The notes beneath the pieces are model-generated. The model had not been told where the DNA came from and did not search any database. It worked only from the letters and a program-made list of their open reading frames with translations. Made by a program: the position numbers and the translations under genes. 49,695 bases of DNA from Octopus bimaculoides (taxonomy: Eukaryota): the NCBI RefSeq assembly GCF_001194135.2, contig NC_068991.1:51050617-51100311 (forward strand). Reading direction: 5' to 3'. Below are positions 37,651 to 49,695 of this stretch, one piece after another (positions within the stretch are counted from its first letter, which is position 1; every line of letters starts with the position of its first letter).

Positions 37651-38990
37651 TTCTGCACCTATTTATGTATATTTATATATGTATATATATATATGTAGCA
37701 TAATAGACAAGCTTAGTTGCTTGACCTTAAGTCATCAGTCATATTCATCATATTCATCAAATTATCACATAATTTAGTACTCAATTATGAAAATCCTATA
37801 TGCTCTCTTGTCATTTTGAGATCTTGCACTACCCGTTAAACTGTGCTTTGCTGATTAGGTTTAATTGAACTGAAACATATCTGAAGTTACCACCATACTA
37901 CTGAAGCTCAAGCTCATCCATTACAGCATTCTCTATCTAGTTTATTTAAATTCATGGGTTATCTCCCCTGCTCTTTTTGATCAGAATTAATCATTTAGAT
38001 AATGATTTATTTCTTATCAATCTGGCTGTAATTCAAATTAATTGCAGTTTCTTAGAACACTACATCATGTGTGTTAGCTCTCACTTAGGTATTAAGTTTT
38101 CAGCTAACTGGAGTCTTGCTATTATATAACAGGGAATTACGTTCATTGGGAAGATGAAAGTTAAAATGTTGAGTATGGCTGTTAGCAACGGAACTCAAAG
38201 ACTGTCTTCTACTTTGATGTAACTTTGAAAAATAATGTACATCAAATATATTATTTCACTTACCTTGCTTTTTCTTGTGTGTGAGTGAGTGTATGTGTAT
38301 GTATGAATGTGTGTTAGTGGGTGTGTTTATATGTGTGTATGTGTATACATACACATACATGACAATCTTTGGTAAGACTTAGATACTTCAGACGTTTTTG
38401 CACCACTTTGATTCATAGTAAGTGGAATTTCAATCCCTCTCTACTCAGTTTCCTTGGCTTTCTTTTACTCATTCACCCTCCTCCCTCTCTTGTTATTTTC
38501 ACCCTCTTTCTCTTTTTCACTCACCTTCTACTTATCTCTGTTATCACTATCTTCACAGACATAGTAGATTCAATATCATTATTCAGAAGATAAGCTACCG
38601 AATTCTTTGTTCAATGTCAATATCTATAGATATCATCTCTGCAGATAATTTATTGTCCTTGAGCAAGGTTCCCAACTTTATGGTAGCACTGATCTGACCT
38701 TACCATTTATTTTTCATGCAATGTTTGTTCCAGGGTATTCCCTCTCCCTACTCCCCCAATTCTAGTTACACTGTCGCTGTATATTTATCTATTACAAAAT
38801 CTATATATCAATGCCTGGCAGTACTGGTAAGGACAACATGTAGCTGAGGAGGTCTAATAAGGCAAAAATATATCTAGAGTTGCCATTGTACTGCTGAGAT
38901 CACTTATTCCCCCATTCCATTTCCAGCTGTCTCTTCTATTTGCTGTGCTCCCTCTAAATAACTTGCAATAACTAGATACCCTTAAGTAAT

Positions 38991-39362
38991 ATATATCCCC
39001 AATTAAATGTGGATATTCTGTTGGAACAAACTATACTGCAGTGGATAACATGGGAGAGACTCTCATATTGGCTTTCAGTGCAAAATGCACCTTTTTATAT
39101 TGCAAGTGGGAAGATAAATCCCTGTCTCCTCCAGTGCCAAGACTAGATCACATGATTTTGACCTTCCTTGGTCTTATCAATGATGTATATTCGACTGTTA
39201 AAAGCTACCTCTAGCTGGTGGTGGCAGAGATTATTCTCTCTTGTAGTGTTATAAACAAGAGTGCATTTTGCACCAAAAGCCAGCCTGAGAGTTTCTCTCA
39301 TGGTATCTGCCACAGTATAGTTTGTTCTTACAGAACATCCATGTTTCAGTGGGGATGAATAT
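38991..39362. repeat. Diverged ~100-bp inverted repeat (38991-39090 and 39261-39362) with ~170-bp spacer; probable old MITE
   Basis: The left arm gaacaaactatactgcagtggataacatgggagagactctcatattggctttcagtgcaaaatgcac aligns with the reverse complement of the right arm, gaacaaactatactgtggcagataccatgagagaaactctcaggctggcttttggtgcaaaatgcac. Confidence 0.8.
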
Positions 39363-41492
39363 CACCTCTTGGTATTAATACTACCTCTGTCACAAATATA
39401 TATATTCCTTACACAATTATCAGATGTGACTAGAAATCTTTTAGATTTGTTTAAAGGTTCAACATCTACTTAGTGCTAAGTGATTCAACAATATTTTCTG
39501 GGAAACCAAATAATTGAGTTGGAAGTTAACCATACAGAAACATGAGATATAAATAGAGGTTAAAGAACTTCAGCAAAGAGACGCAGTTCCTCCAGAAAAA
39601 ATGGACATTGCTGCAAATATCAAAAATAGGAGGAAATTTAGTACAGCATACTTTACTAAAACAATTGACCAAAGTACTTTATTAGATCAATAGATCAGTG
39701 AACATTTTATAAGTGTACTTTACAATAACTAGATCCTATCACAAGGAATGCAAATATTTTGCCTATAATTTGGTAGAAATGGTGTATTTGACAGATTGAA
39801 TGTCTTGCAGGATATTGTTTCATACCTACATTTTGACATTACTTTCATTGATCCATGATCAATAAAATTTGTATCAGAAATATTTTGGGGTTAATTTAGT
39901 TAACTCTCACCTTTCCTTAGAAAAAAAAAATCAATATCTTGGATATAACTATAATAAATGTGATGAAATATGTCTCTATAAATGAAATCCTTCATTACAA
40001 ATAGTCAAAGTTGGTGGTGTGTAATCGATGTCACATCTGTAACAGAAATGTAATGCAGTTGTAAGAAATGTGCAAATAGTAACAGTTGTTGATTCTCAGC
40101 AGGATTCCATACCTGCAATATGTGAGTGTGTTAAAGAACCAGGACTCTATGAAGAAATGCATTTAGTAGATATATCATTTTAATCAGACACATATTCTGT
40201 ATTATTTTTCACTCTTCTGTTCTCAACTTATCTCCTGTCTGGAAGTTAAAATCAAAGAAGGAACAAACATAGTAGTTATATTTCTAACTTACTTTGATGG
40301 TTTCTTATAAAAGCGTTAAGATACTTTCATTTGGAATCTCAGCTTTAGATATATATCAGAGTGGAAGAGCTCTGACAACAATATGAGGCTACTACTGCTA
40401 CTACTACCACTACTGCATCTGGGATGACACTTGCTACACACAAATATTTGGGACCACAAACAGAAAATTCCTTTCAGCATGTTAGCCAGGGTTCACCCAA
40501 CAATAAGGTACAACCACTTTCTCACTCTCATACTATTACTTTTGATCATACCCCCCCCCCCGAGCCACTCAGGTGTAGTTGATCTTCCTATTGCCATCCT
40601 TACTTCACACCAGTCCTCAAAAAATATTATCTAACCCTTCCTACTCAAAATCACACCTCTGTAGATCCCAATTCTTGTTTGGAGTTTTCTCCCAGTAGAA
40701 GTGTCAAGGCCACTCCTCCTGACGAAGAGGATTGACCTGCAAGAGCCCTGTGCTGGTGCCACATAAAAAGCACTCATGTTGGCACCACATAAAAGCACCC
40801 AGCACACACTGTAAAGTGGCCCGAAACCAAACGAAACCAAATTAGACTGGAACATGGTGCAGCTCTCTGGCTAAACTGTCCAACCCATGCCAGCATGGAA
40901 AATGAGCGTTAAAGGATGATGAAGATGATGATATCCTTCAAGTTTAATGCCAATTATTTCTATGTCACCAATTGACAAAGATCTAAAAAGTTCACTGACA
41001 CATATTTCTCCTTTGATTAAATAAAAGATAATTTTAGTTTATTTACCATAGATATTAATTTCTTAAAGGGCAAAAGAAAAGTACAAACGTCCTTTGAGTA
41101 AGATCAGGTCATTTGCAATTGTATCCAGGTTTATGTAGCTCTTAAGTGTGACAAATTGTTTGGACATCTCCTCTGTGTCTTACTTGCCTACTTTCCTCTC
41201 AAGTCAGCCATATAAGTTCAATTATTCAATTATACTGATATTACTGTGACTTCAACTCTAGTTAAACACAGTAAAGTCATTGAATTTGTATAGAAGTTAG
41301 ATAAAAATATTGATTTTAGTTGCAATTGTTCAAAGTACTTCAATCTCGCATTGTTCCCAAGCCGTCTACTGATCTATAGAGTTTTGGTTTAGTTGATACT
41401 TGCACACCATGTCACACCTAGACTCATGCAGTGTGACATTTCACTTACATTGTTCACTGCTATAATATCAAGTTGTACACAATGGCAATTAA

Positions 41493-41534
<42 letters not shown>

Positions 41535-41706
41535 CTTGTGTGTGCATGCACATGTATGTGTGTATGTGTGTACTATTCTTTTAAAGTAAATACAAATGTA
41601 TATATGTGTGTGAAAACAGCTCTAATCATTCTCTTATTTATTAAGAGTCAATTGTGTGATTATCTGAATATGATACTGTAAAGTATTCTGGTCTGTATTA
41701 TTGCAT

Positions 41707-41710
<4 letters not shown>

Positions 41711-41791
<81 letters not shown>

Positions 41792-41792
41792 C

Positions 41793-41833
<41 letters not shown>

Positions 41834-41892
41834 TCATATATCTACAAGTCCTCATGTATACAATACACATAGACTTGTAGTAGCAGAAATAG

Positions 41893-41942
<50 letters not shown>

Positions 41943-41955
41943 TAATAATAATAAG
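41711..41955. repeat. (CT)n-(CTAT)n and (TAA)n microsatellites
   Basis: Read directly. Confidence 0.95.
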
Positions 41956-42629
41956 GATAATGATAAAAATAGATAGCCGGCATTGTAAAATGAAAGTCTA
42001 GTGTTGGATGTGCTGCATGGATAGGAAAGACAAATTGAAAACAGGTGAATTGGGTTAAATATTGAATGTATTGACCAAAATATGAAAAAAACTGAAATGC
42101 ACAGGCGTGGACATATTATGTTGTGTTTCTTTTTAGTCTCGAGTCATCTCTTATTGAGAAGGCTTATGAATCAAAAGCATTCTAGTCAGGACTATTTTGT
42201 CATTTTGTTATGTTTTTTTTTCTTTCTATATCTTGAGTTACATTATTTCTTTTTTAAGATAGTTGTGTATGATTTGAGAAAAGTTTTCTGTTTTTTTTTT
42301 TTTTTGTGTTTGATTGTGTTGGCTCATTAATATGCCATGTTTTCAGATGATGTATCTGAAATGAAAAATAAAACTGTTGCAATATAATGATTCAGGATAG
42401 TGAAGTAGAGATTGGAATAAAATGGGATTGGTATAAAATTGTGCAGGACCATAAAACACTGGGCCACATTCATGGGAAAATACAGAGTATGTATTAAATG
42501 TTTGTGTTATTCAGGTACCATCCTGTTCTAGGCGAGAATTAAATTGACTCCAAGATTTGATTGGTGCTTTATTTTGTTGACCCTGAAAGGATGGAAGGTA
42601 GACTCCAGCAAGGTTTGAACTCAAAACAT

Positions 42630-43470
42630 AGGCATGGCTGTGTGGTAAGAAACTTGCTTCCCAACCACATGGTATCGGGTTCAGTCCCACTGAGTGGCAC
42701 CTTGGACAAGTGTCTTCTACTATATTAGTCTCAGGCTGACCAAAGCCTTGTAAGTGTATTTGGTTGACAGAAACTGAAAGAGTCCTGTCACATATATATA
42801 TATAACTTTTATTTTAACCCTTTTTATACTAATCTGTCTAAGACTAATTACAAACATCCTCTTAAATTAAAAGTCCTGTTGATTTATGTTTTGAACACCA
42901 GTTGATTTATTCAATTTTCATTAACACATTGGTGGTGCTCCAGCATGGCCACACCCTTAGGGCTGAAACACACACACACACACACACACATATGTATATA
43001 TCTACGTGTGTGTGTCTTTGTGCCTGCATTTGTACCCCACCACCTCCTGACAGCTGGTATTGGTGTCCCTGTAACTTAGCAGTTTGGCAAAAGAAATAGA
43101 CAGAATGTTATATTTAATCTTTTTTATTTACCAAGGCCTATTCCCCATAGGAGTGGGTAACTACAAGCCACACACCAGGCATTCCATTCATTTCCTAGTA
43201 CTAAAAGAAACCCATCATATATATACAAACAAGCTTTCTTATCACTAATAAACTCTCTTACTCCTCTCACTCTAATACCTCTAACCACCAAAGCTTTCCT
43301 CACTCCATCCATCCATCCATCCATCCATCCATGCAAACCGAATAAGTACTAGGTTTAAAAAAATAAGTCCTGGGGTTGATTTGTTTGACTAAAAAATTCT
43401 TGAAGGCAGTGCCCCAGCATGGCTGCAGTCTAATGACTGAAACAAGTAAAAGATAAAAGATAAAAGATAT
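42630..43470 (+). mobile_element. Fragmented or interrupted SINE family A pieces (head 42630-42785, body about 43010-43100, tail about 43335-43470)
   Basis: Collinear family A segments separated by unrelated sequence. The head abuts a family B SINE fragment at 42515-42628. Confidence 0.65.
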
Positions 43471-43869
43471 ATATATTGCAGGCAGTTTGCTTGACAGTAA
43501 CTAGTGTGTCAATTAAATTGGTGATGATGACGACGACGCCGATGATGATGCCGATGATGATAGTTGATAGTGGTTGTCGGGATGATGATAGTGGTAGCAG
43601 CCACAATGAAAGGTATTTGTGAATGAAGGAAATGTAAGGGTAGCATTAGGTGCCAACTTTAATAATTAAAGACATCCCTAAAAAGAAAGGACACAATGAA
43701 ACAGACCATGACCGAAGACAAACTTTAAAAATCAGTGGAGCATGGATTAAACAGTGATCACATGATCTTAATTGCTACTTCAGTTCCTGTTAGTAAATTT
43801 TTTAATACTTTGGAGTTTGCAATCTTTTACAGTCTTCATGAATAATTCCAGCTTACTATAATAATACTA

Positions 43870-44717
43870 TCAGGTCATTAAGAATGAAATGTCTGATTTT
43901 GAACTGAAAGTTTATTTTACTTTATCACAACAAAAAGCAATGCAGTTAATCAAAGTATGCCTCTAAATTATCAACACAGTTTTGCCATTTTATCGGTAGC
44001 TTATGTATGCTGGCAGTGAAGAATTCTGGAGAGCAAGAGGTGATGAAATCAAGAAAGGTTGTTTTTGGATCTTCTTCAGATTTGAAGTTTTTCCTTGCAA
44101 AAAGTTGTGTTTTGCCTAGAAAACATGATAGTTAGTTGGTGCAAGGTTTGGTGGATGACAGAGTACTTCCAAATTCAGTTACTGTAGCTTGAGTAGCGTT
44201 CTTTCTGCAATGTGTGGTTCAGCATTGTCTTGCAAGAGAATTGGCCTGTCTCTATTAACTAATCTTGGTTGTTTAATTGCAAATTCATTCATCATTTCAT
44301 CCAATTGGTTGATGTATACATCCACTGTAATTGACTTACCAGGTCTCATGAAGCTGTAGTGGATGACACCAGCACTGGACCACCAAACAGACACCATTAG
44401 CTTTTTCTGGTGAATATCTATTTTGGGTTGTGTTTTGGCATTTTGTCTCTATCCAACCACCATGCAGAACGCTTGCTGTTGTTGAAACGAATACATTTTT
44501 CATCACATGTAACAATACGATGCAAAAATGGTTTGCTTTTATGCTGTGACAGCAAAGAACTCACAATATAATCAGACACCATAAATTGCATTTCAAAAAG
44601 TGATGATGTAACTCCTTAATGTTGTAAAACAAAGAATTGTCAGGATAAAATATTACAGTTAACAGCTGTCAAACGCGATGCATAGGAAAATCAGACATTT
44701 CATTGTTAATGACCTGA
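43870..44717 (-). mobile_element. Internally deleted mariner (DD34D-type) transposon, 848 bp, with transposase pseudogene
   Basis: 31-bp TIRs tcaggtcattaa(g/c)aatgaaatgtctgatttt (30/31) with TA flanks. The minus strand reads FLHRIVTCDEK, MVSVWWSSAGVIHYSFMRPGKSIT...ILLQDNAEPH, HPPNLAPTNYHVF and KLPIKWQNCVDNLEAYFD, with stops and frameshifts. Confidence 0.92.
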
Positions 44718-45153
44718 TATTATCACTTGGACCATTAAAGGATCCTCTATGTGGTAACTTGACCTTCTAGAAATAGCAGTCAAATTCTCCAAATAGCACC
44801 TAATAAAAGGAAGTATATTTTAGCAAATGTACCCCTAGATAGATTGGATGCTCATGGCTTGAAAGCCATTTGATCACATGCCTGTTCAATTAAGGCAGAG
44901 CTGGGTTTAAACAATGACAAGGAAGAACTCCTATCACCGCCGCTGCCGCCACCACCACCACCACCACCACACAGTAATAGCAGCATTATGTAGAGGTAAA
45001 TAAATATAAGGATAAATGAATCATTAACAAAATGTTGTTCTTTGTTAAACATCTATAAAAATTGATCAAACAGCAGAGTAAATAATATACATGTAACAGA
45101 ATAAAAGTGTATGCGTACATCTGTGTGTGTATATATATATATTTAATACACAC

Positions 45154-45191
<38 letters not shown>

Positions 45192-45499
45192 ATGTATCTA
45201 TACATGCACCCACAAAACAGTCAAGCCATACCTACCATGCCACCCTACCATCACCACTACCATCCATTTTACAGTCATTATTATAAGTGTTTGCCTGTGC
45301 TCACATGTTTAAGCCAAGAAATGCATTAAAACCAGCTTGCTGTTTAATATACATACATACATACATACATACATACATACATGCATGCATGCATGTATAT
45401 ATATATATATATATATATAAGTTTGTATATGTATATGTGTGTATATATATATATGTGTGTGTGTGAGTATACGCACATTCACACACACGCACACATATA

Positions 45500-45652
45500 G
45501 GCGTGGTTGTGTGGTAAGAAGCTTGCTTCTCAAACATAAGGTTCCAAGTTCAGTCCCACTACATCACACCTATATCGTCTTGGGCTAATCAAAGTGAATA
45601 GATTTGGTAGATGGAAGCTAAAAGAAACCCATCATATATATACAAACTCCTA

Positions 45653-45738
<86 letters not shown>

Positions 45739-46055
45739 CATACATATATATGCACACATATATATGCACACATATATATATACACACATATATATNNNNN
45801 NNNNNNNNNNNNNNNNNNNNNNNNNNNNNNNNNNNNNNNNNNNNNNNNNNNNNNNNNNNNNNNNNNNNNNNNNNNNNNNNNNNNNNNNNNNNNNNNNNNN
45901 NNNNNNNNNNNNNNNNNNNNNNNNNNNNNNNNNNNNNNNNNNNNNNNNNNNNNNNNNNNNNATATATAGGCACAGGCATGGCAGTGTGACGTAGTGAGAC
46001 TTTACCTGGAACCATGTGGTTGGGAAGCAAGCTTCTTACCACATGACCACGCCTA
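45500..46055. mobile_element. Two oppositely oriented SINE family A head fragments either side of an N gap
   Basis: ggcgtggttgtgtggtaagaagcttgctt (+, about 45500) and gcaagcttcttaccacatgaccacgcc (-, ending about 46055). Confidence 0.7.
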
Positions 46056-46125
46056 TATATATGTGGGTGAATGTGTGTATACTCACACACCCACACACAC
46101 ATATATATTTATATATACACATACG

Positions 46126-46182
<57 letters not shown>

Positions 46183-46183
<1 letters not shown>

Positions 46184-46813
46184 GGTGCAGAAACTTGCTT
46201 AAGAATCTTTCTGTGAGGAAGTGCCACTTCCTAACTGTGGAAGGAACCTGTGGAAGAAGCAAACCCAGAAAGACATGGGATGAGGTGGTGAAGCATGACC
46301 TTTGAACATTGGGCCTCACAGAGGCATTGACAGGAGACCGAGACTTTTGGAGATATGCTCTGATTCAGAAGACCCGGCAACTAAAGTAAGATCATAGCCA
46401 TGCATGTCTGCCCCAGTTAAAAGTACCCTTGATGTGTTGGGCGATGTAATGTGCTTGAGAAGACCTGCTGAGTCAAGTAAAACCAATATCGTAGCTGTGG
46501 CCAGTGCCCCCTGACTGACTTCTGTGCTGGTGGCACGTAAAAAGTGCCATCTGAATGTGGATGATGGCAGTACACCTGACTGGCTCCCGTGCCGGTGGCA
46601 CATGCAAAGCACTATCTGAATGTGATCGATGCCAGGCCCGCCTGACTGTTTTGGTGACACATAAAGAGCACCCACTACACTCTTGGAGTGGTTGGCGTTA
46701 GGAAGGGCATCCAGCTGTAGAAACATTGCCAGATCAGATTGGCGCCTGGTACAGCTGCTGGACCTCCAGACCTCAGTCAAACTGTCCAACCCATGCTAGC
46801 ATGGAAAACGGAC
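46183..46813 (+). mobile_element. 5'-truncated RTE-clade LINE: ORF C-terminus plus 3' UTR with ~65-bp internal repeats
   Basis: Reads VRKCHFLTVEGTCGRSKPRKTWDEVVKHDL*TLGLTEALTGDRDFWRYAL, the RTE G..GRP.KTW...DL...DR..WR pattern. Ends in aactgtccaacccatgctagcatggaaaacggac. Confidence 0.8.
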
Positions 46814-47247
46814 NNNNNNNNNNTATATATATATATATATATATATATATCACCATCAACATATATATATATGTATAAGTTCAAATATACAAAGTGTATA
46901 TTTGGTATAGAGCAAATGGCTAAGGTGAGGTTGGGTGTGAAGCTGAGGTATTTCCAGAGAAACACTCGACCCAAATACTGGACTATCAACACTGCCGGGT
47001 TCCAAGTCAAAACTGGAATTCTTCAGGTGTAGAAAATCCAGTACCATCTCTATTTGCAATGTACCATCTCCATACTGCAATGCCAGTACCATCCCCATTT
47101 GCATTGCCAGTTTGTGGTTTTAGATATTGGGGAGGCACCTCATCAGACTTGCATCAAAGGTGTGCTATTACATTGTGTATCCACCACCAGAATATGACTA
47201 GATAAGCTGTTTTGCTATATGTAGCCCTTCCCACTGTTGGTTAGTCC

Positions 47248-47359
47248 CTTCTTCTTCTTCTTCTTCTTCTTCTTCTTCTTCTTCTTCTTCTTCTTCTTCT
47301 TCTTCTTCTTCTTCTTCTTCTTCTTCTTCTTCTTCTTCTTCTTCTTCTTCTTCTTCTTC
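47248..47359. repeat. (CTT)n microsatellite running into an N gap
   Basis: Read directly. Confidence 0.95.
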
Positions 47360-49695
47360 NNNNNNNNNNNNNNNNNNNNNNNNNNNNNNNNNNNNNNNNN
47401 NNNNNNNNNNNNNNNNNNNNNNNNNNNNNNNNNNNNNNNNNNNNNNNNNNNNNNNNNNNNNNNNNNNNNNNNNNNNNNNNNNNNNNNNNNNNNNNNNNNN
47501 NNNNNNNNNNNNNNNNNNNNNNNNNNNNNNNNNNNNNNNNNNNNNNNNNNNNNNNNNNNNNNNNNNNNNNNNNNNNNNNNNNNNNNNNNNNNNNNNNNNN
47601 NNNNNNNNNNNNNNNNNNNNNNNNNNNNNNNNNNNNNNNNNNNNNNNNNNNNNNNNNNNNNNNNNNNNNNNNNNNNNNNNNNNNNNNNNNNNNNNNNNNN
47701 NNNNNNNNNNNNNNNNNNNNNNNNNNNNNNNNNNNNNNNNNNNNNNNNNNNNNNNNNNNNNNNNNNNNNNNNNNNNNNNNNNNNNNNNNNNNNNNNNNNN
47801 NNNNNNNNNATATATATATATATATATATAGGCATGGCTGTTTGGATAGTTGCTTTCCATGCTGGCATGGGTTGGACAGTTTGCTTCCCAACAATAATTC
47901 CTAGTTAATCATATAAGAATTTGCAAGAGATGTTCCATGAAAATCAGCTACAGCTGTTGTTCCTACAAGAGATTACTCAACACCACCAACAAGCCTATCA
48001 AACAAGAAAATCAGGATTGTTCATGTAGGAAGACACACATAAGTCCCTTAGATCAGATATGTAACCTGACATTGAGTTAATATGAGTGCAAAATTACCAC
48101 AATTATCATAAATCAGACTTAGTTTGTATGTGTATTTCGTGTGCAAAACACCCACAAATGATGCCATGTCTCAAAACAAACAGCACCATTTGTGACTTTC
48201 TTTGCAATTAGTATACAGATGTCAAGACAAATGTCAATTTGCAACACACACATATGCCTCTATCACAACTACAGCTCATACTATTACTATCACCCCATTA
48301 CCATCTCAACTGTCAATCTACTACTGCCCTCACTGTCTCTATGCCTACTATTACTCTTACCCCAACATGAGGATTAGTAGAAGTGTCATTGAATAGTGAG
48401 AGAGGGGGTCAAAGTGTGATGCACTGATACACAGAATTTCGTTTTGGCATTTATTATTATAGATATATTATTATTTTGTGTATTATAATGAGTTACAGTG
48501 ACTCTTTGTTGTAAAAGCATGGTCAGTCAATGAGAAAGAGTTGTAGCTGTGTAACCAATGTCACATGCTTAGAGGTAGTGAGTGTCCTCATAAATATAGA
48601 ATAGTAAAGCCCAAACTGAAATGAGTTTTTATGTTTCCATCCACTTAAACTTTAAATAATGAGCTCCTATTTGTAACATAAGCATTAATTAATAATGGGT
48701 CTTGTAATAGATTAGTAGACCTTGACATAGAACAATACAAGAATCAAGTGACCTTCATCTCCTACACAGATATTGTAAATGCAGTCAGTACCCAGTAAAA
48801 CTGCAACCCACACATCTCCTGTACTACTAGAAGCAAATACACCCTCATTATAGAATGAATGAATGCATCATTAAAAAAAAAAACACTTGTAAAAATAGAA
48901 TTCATTGAACACATCTAACCATGAACTCATAGAATATATTTCAAATATGCAAGAATGAAAATTTCCTCATCAGCAGTACAAAGCTACAAACTAGCAAACC
49001 ATAGAATGGATTTTAGATAACTAATATGATGTAATACAAATATCATTGTAAATATTTAAGGTATAAACTATGTGAATAAAATTTCTTCATGAATATGGCA
49101 CTGTCTCACTGGTTTGTCATCATCCATCGACTTCAAGAAATCATTGCAATTGATTATAATAAAGTATATGAAATATAATTACAGACAGCAACTTTAGCTG
49201 TAAGAGTTACAATTTAGAATTTCATAAAAAAGTTTGAAGAATAACAGAGAAGTTTTAGTGATAGCAAAATACAAGCCAACAATAAACACACAGAAAACCT
49301 ATAAAATAAAACATGAATGTATGAGTCTTTACTTTTGTATAATTTTTAAATCTGGCATTGGTGATTTTATTTACAATAACAATAATCACATCATTCTTTG
49401 CAAACTATAGCTAAGTTTATGATCTCTGTTGGTAACAATAAAACTATTAAAAATATATCATTATTATCATTATTCCCTTCTGATGATAAGGCCAAAAAGG
49501 ATTTTGAAATATTAATGAACAAATGGATTTAGGAATGTTATTGTTCCATTCTCAGTATAGAGGACAAATAAGGAAACCTGAAAAATCCTTGATTAAAAAC
49601 ATCAGACTTGAACACAATTGTGTCTTTGATGTAATATGTTTGAAAGAAATGCCATTTCCAATTTACACAAAGAAAGAGAGAGAGAGAGGGGGGAA

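Noticed and set aside
38383-38417. Candidate next exon (R)YFRRFCTTLIH ending in gtaagt
   Set aside because: The acceptor has no pyrimidine tract, and it fits only the weaker alternative donor of the IQ exon.

Overview
AT-rich, microsatellite-dense eukaryotic DNA with several N gaps, from a fragmented draft assembly. The short interspersed repeats match families I recall from octopod genomes, so an Octopus-type coleoid origin is likely, though this is recognition and not a database result. Nearly the whole window looks like intronic or intergenic repeat sequence. I found only one convincing host coding exon: 35611-35722 (+), encoding the end of a myosin motor domain and the first IQ motif (VFLRNSVFEPLEEQRQQYLSGKATIIQKNWRRCIAQK). 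It is absent from the ORF track. The rest is tRNA-derived SINEs of several families, decayed LINE fragments (Tx1/L1-like, CR1/L2-like, RTE, RLE-type), and non-autonomous DNA transposons (mariner, Tc1-like, hAT, piggyBac-like) with TIRs and TSDs that can be read directly. Almost all ORF-track entries are artefacts of microsatellites, gaps or transposons. The most notable signal is a degenerate type-I hammerhead-like motif repeated 352 bp apart (7528-8030), resembling a decayed retrozyme or Penelope-like element. I found no convincing novel protein-coding system.
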